The translations under genes were made by a program, and so were the position numbers. A model generated the notes under the pieces. That model ran no database searches. It worked only from the letters and a program-made list of their open reading frames with translations, and was not told the origin of the DNA. Shown piece after piece: positions 58,137-64,000 of a DNA stretch of 64,000 bases (the stretch's first letter is position 1; each line of letters begins with the position of its first letter). The DNA comes from Nonlabens sp. (lineage in GTDB: Bacteria; Bacteroidota; Bacteroidia; Flavobacteriales; Flavobacteriaceae), in the NCBI GenBank assembly GCA_049671565.1, contig JBATVD010000039.1, positions 12,329 through 76,328 on the forward strand, given 5' to 3'.

Positions 58137-59574
58137 ATTACTAAGTGTGGTTATAGCTTTAATGGGATCAGTGATGATCTATGGGCAAACCACGGACACA
58201 GCGGCAGAAGATCAAAAAAATACTAATGAAGTGATCAGTTCACTCATTAAAAATGATTCGGTTAAAAAGCCAGTTCAGAATACACGTTTCATGATAGACG
58301 GTGTCGCTGGAGTCATAGGTGATTACGTCGTTCTAGATTCTGATATTGCCAAACAGCTGGATGTGGTTAGGAGACAGGGTAACAATGCCAATTTGTCCAA
58401 GTGCGAACTTATAGAAAGCATTCTTCAAGAAAAAATGTATGCACACCACGCTATCCAAGATAGTATTACCGTGAGCGATGCAGAAATTAATGGACGTACT
58501 GAACAGCAAATCGAGTATTTCAAAAGCGAGCTGGGTACAGATGAAGCTGTTGCACGTTACTATAGACGTGATAATATTCAGCAAGTGCGTGATGAGCTAA
58601 ATAGATCCAATCGGGATCTCCTTTTGTCTCAAAGAATGCAAGAACGACTCACGGAATCCATTGAGATAACTCCTGAAGAAGTACGACAGTTTTTTAGTGA
58701 GATCCCCAAAGAAGAACGACCACTTTTTAATACAGAGGTAGAAATGTCCCAAATAATTGTTATTCCAAAGCCTACGCAGCAAGCGGTAGATGATGTTATT
58801 GAGCGATTGAATAGATACAGGGACGATGTTTTAAATAACGGTGCAAGCTTTGCCGCACTGGCCACCTTGCATTCAGACGACATTGGTACAGAACGAAATG
58901 GTGGGGTCTTGTCCATGAAGCGCAATGACCCATTTGTAAAAGAATTCAAGGATCAAGCATTTAGTTTGCAAGAAGGTGAGATAAGTGAGCCTTTTGAAAC
59001 AGGGTTTGGATGGCATATACTCTTGGTAGATAAAGTGCGCGGTCAGGTAAGAGATGTGAGACATATTCTCCTTGAACCATTTGTTTCTACCGCTCAGGTA
59101 AATGATGCACGACAGAAACTCGATGAAATGCGTGACAAGATAATTTTGGACGAGATCGAGTTTGGAGAAGCCGCCAAACAAATTTCAGATCAAGAAGAAA
59201 CCGCAAAAAATGGTGGTAAGTTCATTAATCCACGTACAGGTGATGTGCGTCTAGAAGTTGATAAACTACCTTCAGAGCTTGCTTCGCAACTTCAGTTTTT
59301 AGAAGAGGGAGGTGTAAGTGGAATTTTTCAAGAAAAGGATGAGCAGGATCGGGTTGTGTTCAAAATAATATATGTAGAAGATAAAATTGACGATCATATT
59401 GCAGATTATTCCCTTGATTATTTAAAGATCAAGAACCTTGCAATGAATAAGAAGAAGATTGATGCGATCAAAGATTGGAGAGAGGAAAAATTAAAGGATA
59501 CTTACATAAAGATCGGTCCTGATTTTAAAGATTGTGATTTTAACGCCACATGGACCGCAGGATCAAATAACTAA
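58129..59574 (+). CDS. peptidyl-prolyl isomerase (SurA-like)
   Basis: Signal peptide, plus parvulin motifs (MSQIIV...GFGWHILLV and RHILL...). Confidence 0.75.
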   Translation: MSKLLSVVIALMGSVMIYGQTTDTAAEDQKNTNEVISSLIKNDSVKKPVQNTRFMIDGVAGVIGDYVVLDSDIAKQLDVVRRQGNNANLSKCELIESILQEKMYAHHAIQDSITVSDAEINGRTEQQIEYFKSELGTDEAVARYYRRDNIQQVRDELNRSNRDLLLSQRMQERLTESIEITPEEVRQFFSEIPKEERPLFNTEVEMSQIIVIPKPTQQAVDDVIERLNRYRDDVLNNGASFAALATLHSDDIGTERNGGVLSMKRNDPFVKEFKDQAFSLQEGEISEPFETGFGWHILLVDKVRGQVRDVRHILLEPFVSTAQVNDARQKLDEMRDKIILDEIEFGEAAKQISDQEETAKNGGKFINPRTGDVRLEVDKLPSELASQLQFLEEGGVSGIFQEKDEQDRVVFKIIYVEDKIDDHIADYSLDYLKIKNLAMNKKKIDAIKDWREEKLKDTYIKIGPDFKDCDFNATWTAGSNN

Positions 59575-59583
59575 GAATACCAC

Positions 59584-60537
59584 ATGTCAGACGTACAAGC
59601 CATAGATCATCTCGTTCAGAAAAATAAACAGCTCAAGCAAGAGATTGCTAAGGTAATCGTAGGTCAGGAGGTCGTGATAGATCAGATCTTAATTTCTATA
59701 TTTTCTGGCGGGCATTCCCTTCTCGTGGGAGTTCCCGGGCTTGCAAAAACATTGATGGTCAATACTATTTCCCAGGCGCTAGGTCTTGACTTTAAACGTA
59801 TTCAATTCACCCCAGACTTGATGCCAAGCGATATTTTGGGGAGCGAAATCCTTGATGAGAACAGGACTTTTAAATTCTTGAAAGGACCGATTTTCTCCAA
59901 TATCATTCTTGCAGATGAGATTAACAGGACACCACCCAAAACCCAAGCGGCTTTGTTGGAAGCCATGCAAGAGAAAAGTGTGACGGTTGCAGGGAATAAC
60001 TATAAATTGTCGGCTCCGTATTTTGTACTCGCCACTCAAAACCCCATTGAGCAAGAAGGTACTTATCCATTGCCTGAAGCACAACTCGACCGATTCATGT
60101 TTGCTATTAAACTTGAGTATCCAACTTTTGCTGAGGAGGTTCAGGTAGTAAAATCCACTACATCAAATCATAAACCAGAGGTGAAATCCTTATTTAATGC
60201 CCAGGAAATCATTGATTTTCAGCAGTTGATTAGACGTATTCCAGTCGCAGATAATGTCATAGAATACACTGTAGGTTTGGTAAGTAGAACCCGTCCGGCA
60301 GGTGATTCCGCTCCAAAAATCATTAAGGAATATATAGACTGGGGAGCAGGCCCTAGGGCGTCACAAAATCTTGTTTTGGCGGCTAAAGCTCACGCTGCGG
60401 TAAATGGAAAATACAGTCCAGACATCGAGAATGTAAAAGCGGTGGCTACAGGAATTTTGCGTCACAGGATGATATTAAACTACAAAGCTCAGGCAGAGGG
60501 TTATACCGAGGAGCGTATCATTCAAGAAATCCTCTAG
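59584..60537 (+). CDS. moxR: MoxR-family AAA+ ATPase
   Basis: Walker A GVPGLAKT, Walker B ILADEINR, and ATQNPIEQEGTYPLPEAQLDRF. Confidence 0.9.
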   Translation: MSDVQAIDHLVQKNKQLKQEIAKVIVGQEVVIDQILISIFSGGHSLLVGVPGLAKTLMVNTISQALGLDFKRIQFTPDLMPSDILGSEILDENRTFKFLKGPIFSNIILADEINRTPPKTQAALLEAMQEKSVTVAGNNYKLSAPYFVLATQNPIEQEGTYPLPEAQLDRFMFAIKLEYPTFAEEVQVVKSTTSNHKPEVKSLFNAQEIIDFQQLIRRIPVADNVIEYTVGLVSRTRPAGDSAPKIIKEYIDWGAGPRASQNLVLAAKAHAAVNGKYSPDIENVKAVATGILRHRMILNYKAQAEGYTEERIIQEIL

Positions 60538-60587
60538 ACATTATTTGCCTCCTTGCTTAATTATCAATAGTTCTTGTAAAGGGTTTA

Positions 60588-60603
60588 CGCTTTCGCGAAA
60601 GCG
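60588..60603. repeat. iterated palindrome copy (16 bp), intergenic
   Basis: Read directly. Flanking GTTT-A / AAAC extends the pairing with one bulge. Confidence 0.95.
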
Positions 60604-60771
60604 AAACAAGCACCTATTATTTAGAATAATTACAGATTGCTAAAATGATAAAATATTAGCAAAATAAATACCGTATTGTTAATTTAAACACATCAAAAAT
60701 CATTAATTGTTAAGAATTGTTTAGTTCTTTCACTATATCGTTGTATATTTTTAAATGAGAACGGTTTTTTG

Positions 60772-60779
60772 TAAATTTG
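60772..60779 (+). promoter_or_regulatory. -7 box (TAAATTTG) upstream of aconitase
   Basis: Matches TAnnTTTG and lies 21 nt upstream of the ATG at 60801. Confidence 0.45.
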
Positions 60780-60800
60780 CAATCCTAAAAACAAAGAAAT

Positions 60801-63068
60801 ATGGCATTTGATATTGATATGATTAAGAAGGTTTATGCTGAGATGCCTGCTCGTATAGCAAAGGCTAGAGAGCTGACCAATAAACCGCTCACACTTTCAG
60901 AAAAAATTCTATACTCCCACCTTTGGGAAGGCAAGACTAGTAAAGCTTTTACAAGAGGAAAGGATTATGTAGACTTTGCTCCTGATCGTATCGCGTGTCA
61001 AGATGCTACCGCTCAAATGGCCTTGTTACAATTCATGCAAGCTGGAAAAGATAAAGTTGCAGTACCTACTACAGTGCACTGTGATCATTTAATCCAAGCA
61101 AAAGAAGGAGCTGATAAGGATTTACAGCACGCCATGAATACCAGTAATGAAGTGTTTAATTTCTTGGAGTCCGTTTCAAATAAATATGGAATTGGTTTTT
61201 GGAAGCCAGGTGCTGGAATTATTCACCAGGTAGTTTTAGAAAATTACGCATTCCCAGGAGGAATGATGATAGGTACAGACTCACACACGGTTAATGCTGG
61301 TGGTCTGGGAATGGTCGCAATAGGTGTAGGTGGTGCAGATGCGGTAGATGTAATGGCAGGAATGGCTTGGGAACTCAAATTCCCAAAACTTATAGGTGTT
61401 AAACTTACTGGTAACCTATCTGGATGGACGGCGCCTAAGGATGTCATCCTCAAAGTTGCAGAGATCCTTACTGTTAAAGGTGGTACTGGTGCGATTGTGG
61501 AATATTTTGGCCCAGGAGCTAAAAATTTGTCTTGTACAGGAAAAGGAACCATTTGTAATATGGGTGCTGAGATAGGAGCTACGACTTCTACTTTTGGCTA
61601 TGACGACTCTATGGAGCGTTATTTAAGAGCAACTGATCGAGAAGATATTGCCGATGCTGCAAATGAAGTACGAGAACACCTTACGGGTGACCCTGAGGTT
61701 TACGAGAAACCAGAGCAGCATTTTGATCAAGTGATAGAAATTGATCTTGACAAGTTGATGCCTCACCTCAACGGCCCTTTTACTCCTGATCTAGCGACAG
61801 AAGTAGGATCCATGAGACCTAAGGCAGAGAAAAATGACTGGCCTTTAAAAGTAGAGTGGGGATTAATAGGATCTTGTACAAACTCTTCCTATGAAGATCT
61901 TTCCAGAGCAAGTAGTATCGCACAACAAGCGATTGATAAAGGCTTAAAGACTAAAGCAGAATTTGGGATCAATCCTGGTTCTGAAAAAGTACGTTACACT
62001 ACAGAGCGCGACGGAATTTTAGGAATCTTTGAAAAATTAGATGCTAAGATCTTTACCAATGCTTGTGGACCATGTATCGGACAGTGGGCGCGTTATGAAG
62101 ATCCCAAAAATGCACCTAAAAACAGCATTGTTCACTCCTTCAACAGGAATTTTGCAAAACGTGCTGACGGTAACCCTAACACGCACGCATTTGTAGCGTC
62201 TCCAGAAATGACGGCTGCAATAGCGATCGCGGGTAGATTGGATTTTAACCCATTAACTGATAAGTTGATCAATGAAGACGGTGATGAGGTCATGCTTGAT
62301 GAGCCAACAGGATGGGAATTGCCGCCTAAAGGTTTTGAAGTAAAAGATGATGGTTATCTAGCACCAAAAGAAGATGGAAGCGATGTGGAAGTGGTTGTAG
62401 ATCCAGATTCTGAGCGATTAGAATTATTAGAGCCTTTTGAGCCGATAGGTCGTGAAATTAAAGGCGCAAAACTGCTCATCAAAGCATTTGGAAAATGTAC
62501 TACTGATCATATTTCCATGGCGGGTCCATGGTTACGATACAGAGGTCACCTCGATAATATTTCAAACAACTGTTTGATCGGAGCCGTAAATGCTTTTGGT
62601 AAAAAGACAAATTGGGTTAAAAACCAAATGACGGGAGAATTTGACGCAGTTCCTAAAACAGCTAGAGCCTACAAAGCAGAAGGAGTTCCTACAATTGTGG
62701 TGGGAGATCATAACTACGGTGAAGGTTCTTCTCGTGAGCACGCGGCAATGGAGCCTAGATTCTTAGGAGTAGTTGCTGTGATTGTAAAGTCATTTGCACG
62801 TATTCATGAGACTAACCTTAAGAAACAGGGAATGCTCGGTCTAACATTTGCAAATGAAGATGACTACGATTTAATTCAAGAAGATGATACGTTCAACTTC
62901 TTAGATCTAGATCAGTTTGCTCCAGACAAGCCGTTAACTATTGAGATTGTCCATAGAGATGGAAGCAAGGATAGCATCAAGGTAAACCATACTTACAACG
63001 ATGCGCAAATTGCTTGGTACGATAAGGGAAGTGCCTTGAATAAAATCAAAGAAGATAACGCGGCATAA
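60801..63068 (+). CDS. acnA: aconitate hydratase (755 aa, monomeric Fe-S aconitase)
   Basis: Fe-S cluster ligand regions IGSCTNSS and [10 protein letters not shown], plus DSHT and the swivel domain ([10 protein letters not shown]). Confidence 0.92.
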   Translation: MAFDIDMIKKVYAEMPARIAKARELTNKPLTLSEKILYSHLWEGKTSKAFTRGKDYVDFAPDRIACQDATAQMALLQFMQAGKDKVAVPTTVHCDHLIQAKEGADKDLQHAMNTSNEVFNFLESVSNKYGIGFWKPGAGIIHQVVLENYAFPGGMMIGTDSHTVNAGGLGMVAIGVGGADAVDVMAGMAWELKFPKLIGVKLTGNLSGWTAPKDVILKVAEILTVKGGTGAIVEYFGPGAKNLSCTGKGTICNMGAEIGATTSTFGYDDSMERYLRATDREDIADAANEVREHLTGDPEVYEKPEQHFDQVIEIDLDKLMPHLNGPFTPDLATEVGSMRPKAEKNDWPLKVEWGLIGSCTNSSYEDLSRASSIAQQAIDKGLKTKAEFGINPGSEKVRYTTERDGILGIFEKLDAKIFTNACGPCIGQWARYEDPKNAPKNSIVHSFNRNFAKRADGNPNTHAFVASPEMTAAIAIAGRLDFNPLTDKLINEDGDEVMLDEPTGWELPPKGFEVKDDGYLAPKEDGSDVEVVVDPDSERLELLEPFEPIGREIKGAKLLIKAFGKCTTDHISMAGPWLRYRGHLDNISNNCLIGAVNAFGKKTNWVKNQMTGEFDAVPKTARAYKAEGVPTIVVGDHNYGEGSSREHAAMEPRFLGVVAVIVKSFARIHETNLKKQGMLGLTFANEDDYDLIQEDDTFNFLDLDQFAPDKPLTIEIVHRDGSKDSIKVNHTYNDAQIAWYDKGSALNKIKEDNAA

Positions 63069-63091
63069 TCAAGCCAAATTAATATATAGCT

Positions 63092-63130
63092 AAAACGCCT
63101 TTTGATGAATTTCAAAAGGCGTTTTTGTTT
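63092..63130 (+). terminator. Rho-independent terminator after aconitase
   Basis: A perfect 14-bp stem pairs AAAACGCCTTTTGA (63092-63105) with TCAAAAGGCGTTTT (63112-63125). The 6-nt loop is followed by a T-rich tail (TGTTTTT). Confidence 0.85.
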
Positions 63131-63289
63131 TTAACTGGATCTGTAAACCGTTTCGATAAGAATTTTTGTTCTGAAGGTATAAGTACTTTTTGATTTAACT
63201 ATTTAACGTGAGTTCGACGTAAGAAAATAAGATTGGCTATAGGAAAAAAGAGAGGTAATTAGTATATTAATATCTTGTAATACAATTAA

Positions 63290-64000
63290 ATAACTAAAAA
63301 CTCTCTTATAGTTTCCGATGCAAAAACTATTGAAATCTTCTGTATAATTGATGACTTTATGATAGAACATGATCATATTGTCTCCCGATCTGGCATTTCT
63401 TCAGGCAAAACAACAAAATCACGCAATAGGAAATTTACCATGTCCGATAGTGAGGTAATGAAGATCATGACTCTATTTCACTTGAAGTCATATAGGAACC
63501 TCAAGGAATTCTATACTACCTAAGTATGCAGGCACATGCAGGATTTCTTTCCCAAGACGGTATCCTATAATCGGTTCGTTGAGCTTCAAAAACTTCTGGT
63601 CACGCCTCTGGCGGTCTATCTCAAACTATATGGCCTGGGAAGGTGTTCGGGAATATCCTTCATTGATTCAACTCCCTTAAAGGTGTGCCACATCAAAAGG
63701 GAAAAACCACATCGCGTCTTTGACGCAGTAGCCGAAAAAACCTTCGAGACCATGGGTTGGTATTATGGGTTCAAACTCCACCTGATAGCCAATGACATGG
63801 GGGAGATCATCGATTTTCAGTTGACCAAGGCCAATGTTGACCAAGGCCAATGTTGACCAAGGCCAATGTTGACGATAGGCAGCCACTAAAGGACAGGACC
63901 TTTCACGAAAAGGTATTTGGAAAGATATATGGGGACAAGGTCTATCTGGGAAGTACCTGTTTGACAAGCTCTTTGTTGATGGAATTCATCTGGTCACCAA
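63290..64000 (+). pseudogene. IS982-family transposase, disrupted (no ATG, in-frame TAA, two frameshifts); continues beyond the window
   Basis: My own translation gives ...IEIFCIIDDF...SDSEVMKIMTLFHLKSYRNLKEFYTT*VCRHMQDFFPKTVSYNRFVEL...GISFIDSTPLKVCH...GWYYGFKLHLIANDMGEIIDFQLTKANVDDRQPL...GDK..KYLFDKLFVDGIHLVT. This matches the IS982 transposase pattern I know. The TAA is at 63521-63523, a 32-bp tandem expansion lies at 63825-63872, and a further frame change lies near 63938-63952. Confidence 0.75.
63821..63872 (+). repeat. 16-bp direct tandem repeat (CCAAGGCCAATGTTGA) x3 (about 3.25 copies counting the leading TTGA)
   Basis: Read directly. The units are 63825-63840, 63841-63856 and 63857-63872. 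Confidence 0.95.

Noticed and set aside
59584-60537. MoxR ATPase as the head of a Bat/aerotolerance (DUF58-vWA) operon.
   Set aside because: The next gene is aconitase, after a 263-bp gap containing a palindrome. No DUF58 or vWA genes follow in this window.
2849-60603. The palindrome copies as a CRISPR array or as Rho-independent terminators.
   Set aside because: The copies are kilobases apart with no regular spacers, so this is not a CRISPR array. The intergenic copies lack a downstream T-tract on either strand, and five copies are inside genes, so they are not canonical terminators.
2849-60603. The palindrome as a classical REP/MITE element.
   Set aside because: I saw no terminal repeats or target-site duplications around the copies. 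More than half lie in frame-preserving positions inside CDSs, which is atypical for REP/MITEs. This is not fully excluded without genome-wide analysis.
63677-63967. 96-aa minus-strand ORF over the IS982 remnant.
   Set aside because: It is antisense to a clearly recognisable (though broken) transposase frame, and part of its openness comes from the tandem repeat.

Overview
This looks like a low-GC Bacteroidota (Flavobacteriaceae-like) chromosomal segment, judging by the protein families present and the TAnnTTTG -7 promoter boxes. One plus-strand surface-polysaccharide locus of about 48 kb (5032-53085) dominates the window. It starts with a PAPS supply and recycling module (cysQ, DUF2061, cysC, cysD, cysN). 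That module abuts the export genes: a Wza-like OPX lipoprotein, a Wzc-like BY-kinase with a (GY)9 tail, one Wzm permease, and two tandem Wzt ATPases whose C-terminal domains have diverged. Downstream are about 16 glycosyltransferases (7 GT2-like, 8 GT4-like, 1 uncertain) and five ORFs carrying both PAPS-binding sulfotransferase motifs; a sixth such ORF lies in the flanking minus-strand operon. The locus also encodes two paralogous MBOAT plus SGNH/DltD-like O-acylation pairs, an aminotransferase/WbqC/SDR sugar-modification block, a UDP-GlcA-4-epimerase-like SDR and an asparagine-synthase-like amidoligase. It further has hexapeptide and GNAT acyltransferases, a CE4 deacetylase and an O-antigen-ligase/polymerase-family membrane protein. 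I see no Wzx flippase and no initiating phosphoglycosyl transferase in the window. My reading is that this is a self-contained system for making and exporting a heavily sulfated, O-acylated heteroglycan, possibly two glycans. That is poorly described for flavobacteria, which are better known for degrading sulfated algal glycans. The left flank is a minus-strand operon (ABC-F ATPase, methyltransferase, LolD-like ATPase, sulfotransferase, possible 56-aa membrane peptide). The right flank holds an FAD-linked oxidase, an SRPBCC protein, three SurA/PpiC-type chaperones, a MoxR ATPase, aconitase with a clean terminator, and a decayed IS982-family transposase running off the window. A perfect palindrome (core GCTTTCGCGAAAGC, 14-22 bp) also occurs nine times plus degenerate copies. 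It sits in intergenic DNA and inside coding sequence in all three reading phases, which resembles a highly iterated palindrome or uptake-sequence-like signal more than a REP/MITE. All functional calls come from motif recognition by eye; no database search was run.
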